A DNA stretch of 64,000 bases from Spirochaetia bacterium (GTDB lineage: Bacteria > Spirochaetota > Spirochaetia > CAKZLE01), in the NCBI GenBank assembly GCA_963677595.1, contig OY782041.1, positions 2,752,001-2,816,000 of the forward strand, in the 5' to 3' direction. The notes under the pieces are model-generated. The model searched no databases. It saw only the letters and a program-made list of their open reading frames with translations, and had not been told where the DNA came from. This document shows positions 29,061-39,400 of the stretch, in pieces. How positions within the stretch are numbered: position 1 is the first letter of the stretch; each line of letters opens with the position of its first letter. Made by a program: the position numbers and the translations under genes.

Positions 29061-30113
29061 TTGAAGATCCTTGTGATAAACCCCGGTGCGACATCGACGA
29101 AGATCGCGGTATTCGATGAAGACGAAGAAGTCATGAAGCAGACGATCGACCACAGCGCAGCTGATCTTGAACCGTTTCGCCGCATCATCGACCAGGCGGC
29201 ATACCGGAAAGAACGGATCCTTGCGACTCTGGAGACTGAAGGTTGGAGGATCGCAGATTTCTCTGCTGTCTGCGGCCGGGGTGGACTGCTGAAGCCGATC
29301 TCATCCGGGACCTATGCCGTGAATGAGTCGGTCGTGGATGATATCGTCAATGCAACCTATGGGGAGCATGCATCAAACCTGGGAGCATACCTGGCGAAGG
29401 AACTCGCGGATGAGGCCTCGATTCCTTCATTCTTCGTTGACCCCGTTTGTGTCGATGAGATGTCTCAGATTGCCCATATGACGGGATTCAAGAGGATGCG
29501 GCGTGTGAGCTTCTTCCATGCACTCAATCACAAGAGCATTGCCCGCAAGGCTGCCGCTAAGCTGGGGAAGACCTATGAGGAACTCAACCTCATCGTTGTG
29601 CACCTCGGCGGCGGGGTATCGGTTGCAGCGCATGAGAAGGGGAAAGCCGTCGATGTCTTCAATGTTACCGATGAGGGCAGTTTCAGCATGGACAGGGCAG
29701 GCGGACTCCCCGTACGTGCCCTGATAGACTACTGTTTCACCGGGAAGTCGAAGGCGGAGATCAAGCTGGAGTTCGCGAAGTCTGCAGGGGTATTCTCATA
29801 TCTCGGCACGAAAGACTTCCGTGAGGTGGTATCCCGTGCTTTCGGCGGGGATGATGAGGCTATGGAGGTATTCAAGGCGCTCGCCTACCAGCTATCCAAA
29901 GATATCGGGGCGATGGCCGCGGTCCTGCGGTACAGGATCGATGCCGTGGTCCTGACAGGCGGGATGGCCTATAACGAGGAGTTCTGCCGGGAGATCAAAA
30001 GCTATGTGGAACCGTTGGGCAAGGTCCTCGTCCTACCCGGGGAGGAGGAGATGAGGTCCTTAGCTGAAGGGGCCCTGCGGGTGCTGCATGGTGAGCCTGC
30101 GGGTACCTATTGA
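29061..30113 (+). CDS. buk: Butyrate (branched/short-chain acyl) kinase
   Basis: INPGATSTKIA, GRGGLLKP, HASNLG, FHALNHK and HLGGG; TTG start after AGGAG. Confidence 0.95.
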   Translation: MKILVINPGATSTKIAVFDEDEEVMKQTIDHSAADLEPFRRIIDQAAYRKERILATLETEGWRIADFSAVCGRGGLLKPISSGTYAVNESVVDDIVNATYGEHASNLGAYLAKELADEASIPSFFVDPVCVDEMSQIAHMTGFKRMRRVSFFHALNHKSIARKAAAKLGKTYEELNLIVVHLGGGVSVAAHEKGKAVDVFNVTDEGSFSMDRAGGLPVRALIDYCFTGKSKAEIKLEFAKSAGVFSYLGTKDFREVVSRAFGGDDEAMEVFKALAYQLSKDIGAMAAVLRYRIDAVVLTGGMAYNEEFCREIKSYVEPLGKVLVLPGEEEMRSLAEGALRVLHGEPAGTY

Positions 30114-30129
30114 TGGAGGGGAAGAAGTT

Positions 30130-31038
30130 ATGATGAAGACGATAGTCCAGATCATGGATAGAGCTGCCGGCTTCGGCGGCAGCACGATAGCGGTAGCTGC
30201 CGCACACGATGAGGAGGTGCTTCAGGCCGTCGTCACGGCACGGAAGCAGAAGATCGCAGAGCCGATCCTGATCGGTGATGAAGCGAGGATCATCGACCTG
30301 CTGCGATCTATCGGAGAATCACCCGAAGTATATGAGATCATACCTGCTTCCGATGATGCCGACAGCGCCGCACAGGCGGTAGCCTGCATCAGGGAGGGAA
30401 GGGCAGGGTTCCTGATGAAGGGGATCCTCTCCACCGGTGACCTTATGCGGGCAGTCCTGAACAGTGAGACTGGGATCAAGGCGGGGAACCTCATCAGCCA
30501 TGTTATGGTCTATGAGTCAGCTTCCTACCATAAACTGCTCTTCCTCACTGACGGGGGGGTCAACACCTTCCCGGACCTGGAGAAGAAGGCAGGGATCTTA
30601 GAGAATGCCGCGAAAGTTGTGAGAGCTCTGGGGTATGGGAGCATCAATGCTTCCTGTGTCTGCGGGGCGGAAGCGGTTGACCCGAAGATCCAGTCGACGC
30701 TCGATGCCGATGCGCTCTCCGGGATGAAGGATCGCTGGGAACCGTACGGCATGGAGGTCATCGGGCCCGTAGGCCTCGATATGGCCTTGAGCAAGGAGGC
30801 CTGCCGCCATAAGAACTACCACGGACCGGGTGCCGGTGATGCGGACATCCTGCTGATGCCGAACTACGAGATGGGGAACGGGATTGGGAAGAGCTTGAGT
30901 TTCTGCGGTGCCGGGAATGCGGGGATCGTCGTCGGGGCGAGGGTCCCCATCGTCCTGGTCTCACGTTCCGACAGTGCTGAGTCGAAGCTCGCCTCGATCG
31001 CACTGGGGACCGTGATCGCACATGAGAATAGTCGTTAA
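30130..31038 (+). CDS. ptb: Phosphate butyryltransferase
   Basis: AVAAAHD, LMKG, ISHV, TDGG, ADILL and PIVLVSRSDS. Confidence 0.9.
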   Translation: MMKTIVQIMDRAAGFGGSTIAVAAAHDEEVLQAVVTARKQKIAEPILIGDEARIIDLLRSIGESPEVYEIIPASDDADSAAQAVACIREGRAGFLMKGILSTGDLMRAVLNSETGIKAGNLISHVMVYESASYHKLLFLTDGGVNTFPDLEKKAGILENAAKVVRALGYGSINASCVCGAEAVDPKIQSTLDADALSGMKDRWEPYGMEVIGPVGLDMALSKEACRHKNYHGPGAGDADILLMPNYEMGNGIGKSLSFCGAGNAGIVVGARVPIVLVSRSDSAESKLASIALGTVIAHENSR

Positions 31039-31056
31039 CATGAAGGAATCTGAGTT

Positions 31057-32808
31057 ATGAAAGAGTTACTTACCGGGAACGAGGCCGTCGCACGCGGGGC
31101 CTATGAAGCCGGGGTCCGGGTCTGCTCAGCATACCCGGGGACACCGAGCACGGAGATCTTCGAGAATCTTCCGCAGTATAAGGATGCACTCTACAGTGAG
31201 TGGGCGCCGAACGAGAAGGTCGCCACTGAGGTTGCCTATGGTGCCTCTATTGCCGGGGTGCGGTCCCTTTGCGCGATGAAGCATGTCGGGGTCAACGTCG
31301 CAGCAGATCCTATATTCACTGCGACCTACAACGGGATCGGCGGCGGTTTCGTGATCGTCTCCGCAGATGATCCCTCCATGCACTCGTCGCAGAACGAGCA
31401 GGATAACCGGTACTATGCCAAGGCTGCCAAGATGCCCATGGTCGAACCTTCTGACAGCCAGGAGTGCAAGGACTTCCTGAAGGAGGCATATGCTGTCTCA
31501 GAGCGATTCGACCTCCCCGTGCTGTTTCGCATGACGACCCGGGTCTGCCATTCCAAGAGTGTGGTCGAGACCGGGGAACGGGTAGTAGTCGAACCCCTTG
31601 CCTACAAGAGGAATGCCAGGAAGTTCGTCTGTACCCCAGCTAATGCTTATGAGAATCACCCACTCCTTGAGAAGAAACTGCAGGAGCTCGAGATCTTCGG
31701 CAATACCAGCGGACTGAACAGGATCGAGCGAAACGGTTCCGCTGTCGGGGTCATCACGGCTTCTGTCGCCTACCAGTATGCGAAGGAGGCATTCCCGATT
31801 GACACATCCTTCCTGAAGCTCGGACTGACCTATCCCCTGCCGATGGGCTTGATCAGGGAGTTCGCAGCAAGTGTCGAGAAGCTCTACATCGTAGAGGAAC
31901 TCGAGGGTTTCATGGAGGAACAGATCAAGGCTGCCGGGATAGCCTGTGAGGGAAAGGAACAGCTCGGGAACATCCATGAGCTGAACCCCCAGCTCTTACG
32001 GGAACGGATCTTTGGGGATCCGGTAAAGACAGGTGAGATGGGAGTTGACGCGGTCTCCAGGCCGCCAGCCCTCTGTCCGGGCTGCCCGCACCGGGGCTTC
32101 TTCTATACCATGTCGAAGAACAGGAACTTCGTGATCTCCGGCGATATAGGGTGCTACACACTCGGTGCGTCTGCCCCGCTCAATGCCATGGACACCTGTA
32201 TCTGCATGGGTGGGGGGTTCTCCATCGCGATGGGAATGGCCAAAGCTTTCGAGGTCACCGGGGACAGTACCCGGAAAGTCTTCGGGGTCGTCGGGGATTC
32301 CACCTTCTTCCACAGCGGGATGACCGGTGCTGCCGAGATCATCTACAACAAGGGTAATGTCATCCCTGTGGTACTGGACAACAGCATCACGGCGATGACC
32401 GGACAGCAGGACAACCCGAGTACCGGGGAGACCCTCATGGGGGAACCTGCGGTGCAGATCAGTATCGAGAAGCAGCTGGAAGCCCTCGGGTATGAGAGGA
32501 TCCTCATCGTCGATCCCCAGGACCTCAAGGCAATGAAGCAGGCCGTCGATGATGCACTTGCAAGCGAGGTCCCTGCAGCCATCATCACGAGAAGGCCCTG
32601 CGTGCTGATCAAGAAGATCGCCCACGAGTTCAGTCTCTGTACAGTGGATCCGGACAAGTGCATCGGCTGCAAGCTGTGCCTCAAGGTCGGTTGTCCGGCG
32701 ATTTTCATGAAGGACGGGAAGAGCATGATCGATCCGACGCTCTGTGTAGGCTGTACTGTCTGTGCACAGGTATGTCCGAAAGACGCGATCAGCAGGGAGG
32801 CTAGGTAG
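31057..32808 (+). CDS. iorA: Indolepyruvate:ferredoxin oxidoreductase alpha subunit
   Basis: GNEAVARG, YPGTPSTE, SSQNEQD, CPGCPH, GDIGCY, GDSTFFHSG and C-terminal ferredoxin. Confidence 0.96.
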   Translation: MKELLTGNEAVARGAYEAGVRVCSAYPGTPSTEIFENLPQYKDALYSEWAPNEKVATEVAYGASIAGVRSLCAMKHVGVNVAADPIFTATYNGIGGGFVIVSADDPSMHSSQNEQDNRYYAKAAKMPMVEPSDSQECKDFLKEAYAVSERFDLPVLFRMTTRVCHSKSVVETGERVVVEPLAYKRNARKFVCTPANAYENHPLLEKKLQELEIFGNTSGLNRIERNGSAVGVITASVAYQYAKEAFPIDTSFLKLGLTYPLPMGLIREFAASVEKLYIVEELEGFMEEQIKAAGIACEGKEQLGNIHELNPQLLRERIFGDPVKTGEMGVDAVSRPPALCPGCPHRGFFYTMSKNRNFVISGDIGCYTLGASAPLNAMDTCICMGGGFSIAMGMAKAFEVTGDSTRKVFGVVGDSTFFHSGMTGAAEIIYNKGNVIPVVLDNSITAMTGQQDNPSTGETLMGEPAVQISIEKQLEALGYERILIVDPQDLKAMKQAVDDALASEVPAAIITRRPCVLIKKIAHEFSLCTVDPDKCIGCKLCLKVGCPAIFMKDGKSMIDPTLCVGCTVCAQVCPKDAISREAR

Positions 32809-32810
32809 TC

Positions 32811-33383
32811 ATGGAACATGTTAAGAGAGTCCTGTTAGTAGGTGTCGGCGGCCAGGGGACCATCCTGGTCTCGAAGATCCTCACGAAAGGGTTGATGCAG
32901 GCCGGGTTCGATGTGAAGATGTCTGAGGTGCATGGGATGAGCCAGCGGGGCGGTTCAGTCTCGACCCAGGTCCATTGGGGCGAGAAGGTCTATGCCCCGG
33001 TGATCGGGGATGGTGCGGCAGACTACCTGGCGGCGTTCGAGAAGATGGAGGCCATACGGTATGCCGGTTTCCTGAGAAAAGGCGGGATCGCCGTGATCAA
33101 TGATTATGAGATGGTCTCCTCGAGTATCGCCGCTGGATTGGCTGAGTATCCCTTAGGCTGTATCGAAGCTTTGGAGGAGCAGTTCTCCTGCACTGTCCTG
33201 AATGCCGGTGATACAGCGATCAGCCTGGGCAACGCGAAGTGCATGAACGTCGTCCTGTTCGGTGCGATGGTTAAGGCCTTCAAACTCGATGGTATTGACT
33301 GGAAGCAGGTGATCGCCGATACTGTCCCGGAACGGTTCCGGGAGATCAACCTGAAGGCGTTCGACGCCGGTTACGACCGGTAA
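32811..33383 (+). CDS. iorB: Indolepyruvate:ferredoxin oxidoreductase beta subunit
   Basis: GVGGQG and SEVHGMSQRGGSV. Confidence 0.95.
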   Translation: MEHVKRVLLVGVGGQGTILVSKILTKGLMQAGFDVKMSEVHGMSQRGGSVSTQVHWGEKVYAPVIGDGAADYLAAFEKMEAIRYAGFLRKGGIAVINDYEMVSSSIAAGLAEYPLGCIEALEEQFSCTVLNAGDTAISLGNAKCMNVVLFGAMVKAFKLDGIDWKQVIADTVPERFREINLKAFDAGYDR

Positions 33384-33406
33384 CAGCTTCAACCGGGGAG
33401 GTGGGT

Positions 33407-33691
33407 ATGGTCCATTATGTAATGATCAAGTTTCAAGAGGGGTATTTGGGTGAAGAGCACATTGCAATGATCCGCGATACCTATACAGAGATGCTCGAGG
33501 CGATAGACGGGATCCTCGGTGTTGAGATCCATGAGAATATTATAGAGCGGGACTCCAATGCGGACCTGATGATCCGCATTGAGCTGGAAGGGGCAGCTGC
33601 CCTGGATACCTACCTGAACCATCCCCTCCATGTCGCGTTCGCTAAGGAAGCCAGGCCGAACATCGTGAAGATGGTCACCTTCGACCGATAA
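33407..33691 (+). CDS. Dabb (stress-responsive A/B barrel) family protein
   Basis: MVHYVMIKF...LDTYLNHPLHVAF...VTFD. Confidence 0.8.
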   Translation: MVHYVMIKFQEGYLGEEHIAMIRDTYTEMLEAIDGILGVEIHENIIERDSNADLMIRIELEGAAALDTYLNHPLHVAFAKEARPNIVKMVTFDR

Positions 33692-33705
33692 GGACCGATA
33701 CATGC

Positions 33706-33729
33706 TCCCCTGCAGATCCCTGCAGGGGA
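33706..33729. terminator. Hairpin ending the buk-ptb-iorAB-dabb operon
   Basis: TCCCCTGCAG-ATCC-CTGCAGGGGA; no U-tract. Confidence 0.45.
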
Positions 33730-33836
33730 TGATCCATACAGATGAAAAATCTCCCCAGCTGCAGTCTCCCTGATTGCCGTAATCCCTCTCTGATGGTAGG
33801 ATATGCCCGTATCAACACAACAGGAGTACGACCGCC

Positions 33837-34727
33837 ATGCGAACTTTCTTGGAATGCATTCCCTGCTTCATGAGACAGACCCTCGGAGCCGGCAGGCTCA
33901 TGGGACTGCCTGAAGAGACTATAAAGGACCTTATGGATATCATAGGGGAGGGATTGAAAGATGTCTCCCTCGATACCCCTCCGCCTGATATGGCGAGGCA
34001 GCTGCAGGCGCTCATCAATGCGCGTATCGGGGATGTCGATCCCTACCTTGAGCTGAAGAAGGAGAGCAATGCGAAGGCTCTCGAGTACTACGACATGATG
34101 AGCGGGCTTGTTTCCCAGTCAGATGATAAACTGAAGGCAGCACTCCAGGTAGCGATCGCCGGGAACATCATAGACTACGGTGCCATCCATGACCTCGATG
34201 CGGCAGCTGAGCTCAAGGCCCTCATGAACGAGGAGCGGCTGCAGATCGAGCGGGAGGAGTCGGAGAACTTCGCCTACCAGGCATTCAGGAACGACCTGGA
34301 TAAGGCCCGGACTCTCGTCTATGTGGGGGACAATGCCGGAGAGATCGTCTTCGACAAGATCCTCATCTCCACGATCAGGGAACTCTATCCTGACCTGAAG
34401 ATCACCTTCGCCACACGGGGAAAGCCGATACTCAATGACTGCCTGCTCGAGGATGCGCACCAGATCGGGCTTGATGAGCTAGTGAACGTGGTCTCCAGCG
34501 GTTCGGATGCCCCCGGGATGCTCATCGACCGGTGCAGTGATGAGTACCTGGAGGAGTTCTATGCTGCCGATATGATCATCAGCAAGGGGCAGGGGAACTA
34601 CGAGTCCCTCTCCGAGGTGGAAGCCCCGATCTACTTCCTGCTCATCGCCAAGTGCGACATCGTCGCCCGCGATATCGGCTGCAGCCTCCGTGATATCATC
34701 CTCAAAAAGTCTACTTCACAGAACTAG
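33837..34727 (+). CDS. DUF89/ARMT1-like damage-control phosphatase
   Basis: ECIPC, AIAGNIIDYG, DNAGEIVFD, PILND and SKGQGNYE. Confidence 0.92.
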   Translation: MRTFLECIPCFMRQTLGAGRLMGLPEETIKDLMDIIGEGLKDVSLDTPPPDMARQLQALINARIGDVDPYLELKKESNAKALEYYDMMSGLVSQSDDKLKAALQVAIAGNIIDYGAIHDLDAAAELKALMNEERLQIEREESENFAYQAFRNDLDKARTLVYVGDNAGEIVFDKILISTIRELYPDLKITFATRGKPILNDCLLEDAHQIGLDELVNVVSSGSDAPGMLIDRCSDEYLEEFYAADMIISKGQGNYESLSEVEAPIYFLLIAKCDIVARDIGCSLRDIILKKSTSQN

Positions 34728-34793
34728 ATCTTCCAGAATTCTATCTTCGAAGAAGTAGACCTTCCAAGTCCTGTTTCAGGAGATCCTGATGCA

Positions 34794-34823
34794 CTGAGAC
34801 CCGCATATATCTGCGGGTCTCAG
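34794..34823. terminator. Hairpin between convergent genes
   Basis: CTGAGACCCGCA-TATATC-TGCGGGTCTCAG. Confidence 0.55.
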
Positions 34824-34866
34824 GTCCAAACCATGTTCATAGTAGAAAGTTGTGACTGCTCCGGTA

Positions 34867-35790
34867 TTATCCCTTCACGGACCCTGCCATCAAACCGCGT
34901 ACGAAGAACTTCTGCAGGGCGAAGAAGACCGTCAACGGCAGCACCATACTGACGAAGGCCCCTGATGTGAGCAGGTGCCAGTCCTGTCCTCTCGTTCCCA
35001 CGATGCTCAGCAGCCGCTGCGTGACGACCTCGACTCCCTGTCCGGCGCCGCTGAGGAATACCAGGGCTACCAGCAGGTCGTTCCATACCCAGATGAACTG
35101 GAAGATGGCGAAGCTCGCCAGTGCCGGTACCGACAACGGCAGGATCAGCCTGATGAAGGTCGTGAAGTGTGATGCACCGTCGAGGAACGCACTCTCCATG
35201 ATGCTTCGCGGTATGGTCGAGATGTAGTTGAACAACAGGTAGGTGGCCAGTGCCAGGCCGAACCCGGTATGTGCGAGCCAGATCCCCAGGTATGAGCCGT
35301 TCAGGCCGATCTTGAGGTAGTCCCGGAGGATCGGGATCAGCGCGATCTGCAGGGGGACTACCAGGAGTCCCACGATGCATCCGAAGAGGATGCGCCTCCC
35401 CGGGAAGCTGAGCCAGGCGAACCCGTAGGCGGCGAAGGCCGCGATGAGGATCGGTATGATGACCGCTGGGATGGTCACGGTGATACTGCTCAGGAAAGCC
35501 CCGAGCATGTTGTCCCCGCGGGCGGAGACGACCGTGCCGTCTGCCTTGGTGAAGGAGTAGTCCTTCCCGGCAAGTACCTGCTCATAGTTCTGCAGGGTGA
35601 ACTCCGACGGATGGGTGAGGCTCGCCCACCATCCGTTTTCGAGGACCTTGTCCCGGTCCCTGAAGCTTGTGACGAAGACACCGAGGGTAGGGAGCGTCCA
35701 GGCAAGGCAGATGAGGATGAGCAGCCCGTTGACGATGACTTCCTGGACGGTACGTGATTTCTTCATGCTGTTTGTTGCTGTCTGTGCCAT
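34867..35790 (-). CDS. aglG: Carbohydrate ABC permease (alpha-glucoside AglG-like)
   Basis: EAA motif ESAFLDGAS, WVWNDLLVAL and FVRGLMAGSVKG. Confidence 0.85.
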   Translation of the reverse strand: MAQTATNSMKKSRTVQEVIVNGLLILICLAWTLPTLGVFVTSFRDRDKVLENGWWASLTHPSEFTLQNYEQVLAGKDYSFTKADGTVVSARGDNMLGAFLSSITVTIPAVIIPILIAAFAAYGFAWLSFPGRRILFGCIVGLLVVPLQIALIPILRDYLKIGLNGSYLGIWLAHTGFGLALATYLLFNYISTIPRSIMESAFLDGASHFTTFIRLILPLSVPALASFAIFQFIWVWNDLLVALVFLSGAGQGVEVVTQRLLSIVGTRGQDWHLLTSGAFVSMVLPLTVFFALQKFFVRGLMAGSVKG

Positions 35791-35791
35791 A

Positions 35792-36919
35792 TCAGAATAC
35801 CTCCCGTTTCCCGAACTGCTTCAGGTTGTACCAGATGACCGGTGTGACGGCGACCAGGATGATGATCGCTATGGCCGAGCCCCTGCCGTAGTGGAGGAAC
35901 TTGAACATCTGCTTGTACTGCTGGCTCGCCAGCACCTCCGTGCCGTAGAGCCCGTTCGTCATCGAGTAGACGATGTCGAAGACCTTCAACGTGATCAGGA
36001 GGATCGTCGTCGAGACGGTGATGATCGATCCCTTGATCGAGGGGATCACGATGCTCCAGATGATCCGGAGCTCGGAAGCCCCGTCGATGCGCCCGGCTTC
36101 CAGGTACTGGCTCGGGACGGTCTTTATCGCTGCTGATAACACGACCATGGCGAAACCTGTCTGCAGCCAGATCAGGATGATGATCAGGAATATGGTGTTC
36201 CAGGGCCGCATGACGATCCAGTTCTGGGGATCTCCCCCGAAGAAGGTCACGATGGCGTTGAGCAGCCCGATCTGGTTCTGGGTGACCGGCCGGTAGGCAT
36301 ACATGAACTTCCAGATGACGCCTGCCCCAACGAACGAGATGGCCATCGGTGCGAAGATGATGGCCTTCGCGACCTTCTCGAACTTCGAGCGGTCGGCCAG
36401 TAATGCGATGATCAGGCCGAGGATGACGCTTCCTCCAGTTCCTACGATCAGCCAGACCAGGTTGTTGATGAATGCGGTCTGCATCGTCGCGTCGGTGAAG
36501 ACATAGATGTAGTTGTCGAGGCCGACGAAGTTCTGGCTTGTCCGATCATAGAAGCTCAGGACGAATGACCTGATCGTCGGGATGAACAGGTACCAACCGA
36601 GGATGGCGACTGCAGGCCCAACGAACATGAACGGTGTCAGGAGTTTCCTCCAGGTCTCATTGGTACGCTGGATGACCCAGTTGGTGACCCAGTAGAGCGC
36701 CGCTGCTCCCCCGACACCCCAGATGATGGCGCTGATGGTGATGACCACCTGCGGGGCTGCGCTGTCTCTCAGGAAGATGAACCCGAAATAGAGCACGATG
36801 AACACGAGGAAGGGGACGGCGAGGCTGACGACCAGCCGGGCGACCCAGCTCAGGACCCGTTGGAGGGGACTCTGAAGCGGGTCCTTCTTCAGTGAATCCT
36901 TCATGGTAATATTACTCAT
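35792..36919 (-). CDS. aglF: Carbohydrate ABC permease (AglF-like)
   Basis: PMAISFVGAGVIWKF, QIGLLNA and EAGRIDGA. Confidence 0.85.
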   Translation of the reverse strand: MSNITMKDSLKKDPLQSPLQRVLSWVARLVVSLAVPFLVFIVLYFGFIFLRDSAAPQVVITISAIIWGVGGAAALYWVTNWVIQRTNETWRKLLTPFMFVGPAVAILGWYLFIPTIRSFVLSFYDRTSQNFVGLDNYIYVFTDATMQTAFINNLVWLIVGTGGSVILGLIIALLADRSKFEKVAKAIIFAPMAISFVGAGVIWKFMYAYRPVTQNQIGLLNAIVTFFGGDPQNWIVMRPWNTIFLIIILIWLQTGFAMVVLSAAIKTVPSQYLEAGRIDGASELRIIWSIVIPSIKGSIITVSTTILLITLKVFDIVYSMTNGLYGTEVLASQQYKQMFKFLHYGRGSAIAIIILVAVTPVIWYNLKQFGKREVF

Positions 36920-36939
36920 AGATTACTCCCGGATACGGC

Positions 36940-36964
36940 ACACGTGCAGGAGTCCTGCACGTGT
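36940..36964. repeat. Intergenic hairpin after SBP gene (mRNA stabiliser)
   Basis: ACACGTGCAGGA-G-TCCTGCACGTGT. Confidence 0.6.
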
Positions 36965-36990
36965 ACGCGTGGTATGAGTGCTGTCGATGC

Positions 36991-38292
36991 TTACGGCCAG
37001 CTCTTGTCGATCTGTGACAGGACCTTGTCGATGTTCACACCGCTCACGAGATCAGCCATACCGGTCCAGAAGGTCCCGGCTCCCACCTCAGCAGGCATCA
37101 GGTCTGATGCGTCGAACCTGAAGACTTCCGCATTGACCAGGATACGTGCCAGGTCAGCCTCAAGTGAGCTGCCGTAGTCGTCGAAATTCTGGTCCTGGTG
37201 GGGGAAGAGTGCGCCGCCGGCTTCTGCCCAGCCCATGCATGCTTCCCAGGTCGTCAGGTATTCCATGACCTGGACGACTTCCGGCCTGTTGTCGAAGATG
37301 ACGAACTGGTCGCCGCCGCCGAGTACCGGGGTGCCCCACTTGGGGTCGATAGACGGGAGTGCGAAGACCCCGACTTCCTCTTCGAGGTTAGCCTGGACGG
37401 CTTCCGGCATGAACCCGGTGATGAAGTTGCCCTGTCGGTGCAGCATAGCCTGCGGTGGGTTGGTGAACAGCGGGGTGATGGCATCGCCGAAGTTGGTCGT
37501 CAGGATGTTGGTCGGTCCACCAAGGACGTATGCGTCATTCATCCAGAGGTCAGACATGATCTGTGCTGCCCGCTTGACTGCCGGGTCGTCGAATGTGATC
37601 TGGTGGTTGACCCACTGGTCGTAGACGTCAGGACCAGCTGTCCTCAGCATGATGTCCTCCATCCAGTCTGTTGCCACCCATCCGGTTGCGCCGCCTGATT
37701 CCATACCGATGGACCAGGGTACGATACCGTCCTTTACCATCTGGGCAGAGAGTGCGAGCATCTCATCCCAGGTCGTTGGGATCTTGTACCCTGCGGCGTC
37801 CCAGGCTTTCTTCGGGTACCAGACGAAACTCTTGGCGTTGACCCGGTGGAATACCCCGTAGACATCGCCGTTGTAGGACCCGAGGTCCTTCCAGGCACTG
37901 GTGTAGTTCGCATCGATCTTCGAGACCACGCTCTGGGGGAGCGGGGTAAGGAAGCCCCTCTCTGCGAGGTTCTTCATAAGGCCAGGCTGTGGCAGTGATG
38001 CGATGTCCGGCGGCGTACCGGCTTCAGCCTGTACGAGGATCTGCGTCTCGAACTCGGGACTTCCCTCATAGACTACGTCGATGCCGGTCTTCTCGATGAA
38101 CGGCTTGAGTACCAGGTCGGTGAAGCGAGCTGCCTCATCCCCCCTGAATGCACCGAAGATCCGTACCGTCTTTACTTCCGGTTCTGCTGCAGCTGGTGCG
38201 GCAGCCTCCTGCTTGCCTCCTGCGAAGACCATCACTGGTGCGATGAGCAGCAGTACGATTCCTAGCAGGACCATTCTTCTTACTGATTTCAT
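36991..38292 (-). CDS. aglE: Carbohydrate ABC solute-binding protein (AglE-like)
   Basis: Signal …FAGGKQE; PQPGL, KSFVWY, SGGATGW..TDWMED, FRFDASDLMP and FWTGM. Confidence 0.88.
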   Translation of the reverse strand: MKSVRRMVLLGIVLLLIAPVMVFAGGKQEAAAPAAAEPEVKTVRIFGAFRGDEAARFTDLVLKPFIEKTGIDVVYEGSPEFETQILVQAEAGTPPDIASLPQPGLMKNLAERGFLTPLPQSVVSKIDANYTSAWKDLGSYNGDVYGVFHRVNAKSFVWYPKKAWDAAGYKIPTTWDEMLALSAQMVKDGIVPWSIGMESGGATGWVATDWMEDIMLRTAGPDVYDQWVNHQITFDDPAVKRAAQIMSDLWMNDAYVLGGPTNILTTNFGDAITPLFTNPPQAMLHRQGNFITGFMPEAVQANLEEEVGVFALPSIDPKWGTPVLGGGDQFVIFDNRPEVVQVMEYLTTWEACMGWAEAGGALFPHQDQNFDDYGSSLEADLARILVNAEVFRFDASDLMPAEVGAGTFWTGMADLVSGVNIDKVLSQIDKSWP

Positions 38293-38371
38293 AAAACCTA
38301 CCTCCTCTTATAACATAGGTTGTTATCAAATATGCTGACGGGACTGAACTGTCCCGAAATTCCCTTATACT

Positions 38372-39400
38372 TCAGCTGCTCTCCCGTATGATCAGGTACG
38401 GTTCGATCAGCTCCTGTTCCTTTTCTGTCCTGTCAACCTCGTCCGAACGGATCAGGTCAAGGATCCTGCTGCAGGCTTTCACCGTGATCTCCTCCCTCGG
38501 CTGGTGGATGGTCGTGATGAACGGCGGTACGAGCGTGCTGTAGAAGGAGTCGTCGTAGCCGACGACCTTCTTGTCCTGCGGCACTGCGATGCCGTGTTCC
38601 CTCATCGCGGTGATGCAGGCCGATGCGAGGATGTCCGCCTGGGCGAAGATACCGTCACACTTGCGTACCAGGTCGATATGGTCATGGATGAACCGGTAGG
38701 CATTGATGTAGCTGCAGGACATCTCGAAGGTGTACAGCCTGTCCCCTGATAACCCGGCATCTTCCATCGCCTGAAGGCATCCAGCACTCCTCTGACCGAA
38801 CTCATCACCGATATTCGGTGAGCAGGAGAGGGTGATGATGCTGCTGCAGCCTTTGTCTATGAGGTGGCCTGCAGCAAGGTACCCGCCCTTGAAATTGTCT
38901 GTCAGGAAGTAGTCCATGGAACCCAGGTCGATGAATCTCGGCCTGAAATGGATCATCACAGCGGGGATATCATGGTCCTTGAGCAGCTGGTACTCCTCCT
39001 GGGTGATCAGGTCATGTACCATGAGGAACCCGTCAACCTTGTGCTGCCTGATCAGGCGGCTGGTATTGCTCAGCATGGTATCGGGGTTGATCGCCTCCAC
39101 GAGGATCGTATCAAGCTGGAGTGTCTCCAGGTTATGCCGGAGCTCCAGGAAGAGCTCGTTGATGTAGGCAGATGAGCCGAAATCCTCCAGGCCCTGCTGG
39201 TAGATGAGGCCCACGACCCCGGTCTTCTTGGTGCTCAGCGAACGTGCACTGCTGTTGACCTCGTAGTGGAGATCCTTCGCGATCTTCAGCACCCTTGCCT
39301 TCGTCTTCTCTGAGATCATGGGGCTGTCATTCAGGCATCGGGAGACGGTGGTATGGCTCACGTTTGCCAGTTTTGCTATATCCTTGATCGTGACGGAAAT
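38372..39400 (-). CDS. LacI family regulator (probable ATT start at 39400; alternative GTG at 39421)
   Basis: SVTIKDIAKLANVSHTTVSRCLN HTH; AAGGAG lies 6 nt before ATT. Confidence 0.93.
   Translation of the reverse strand: MSVTIKDIAKLANVSHTTVSRCLNDSPMISEKTKARVLKIAKDLHYEVNSSARSLSTKKTGVVGLIYQQGLEDFGSSAYINELFLELRHNLETLQLDTILVEAINPDTMLSNTSRLIRQHKVDGFLMVHDLITQEEYQLLKDHDIPAVMIHFRPRFIDLGSMDYFLTDNFKGGYLAAGHLIDKGCSSIITLSCSPNIGDEFGQRSAGCLQAMEDAGLSGDRLYTFEMSCSYINAYRFIHDHIDLVRKCDGIFAQADILASACITAMREHGIAVPQDKKVVGYDDSFYSTLVPPFITTIHQPREEITVKACSRILDLIRSDEVDRTEKEQELIEPYLIIRESS

Noticed and set aside
34709-34770. Short direct and inverted repeats (GTCTACTTC/GAAGTAGAC; TAGA.CTTCCA)
   Set aside because: Too short and irregular for an array or IS end; probably terminator-region structure
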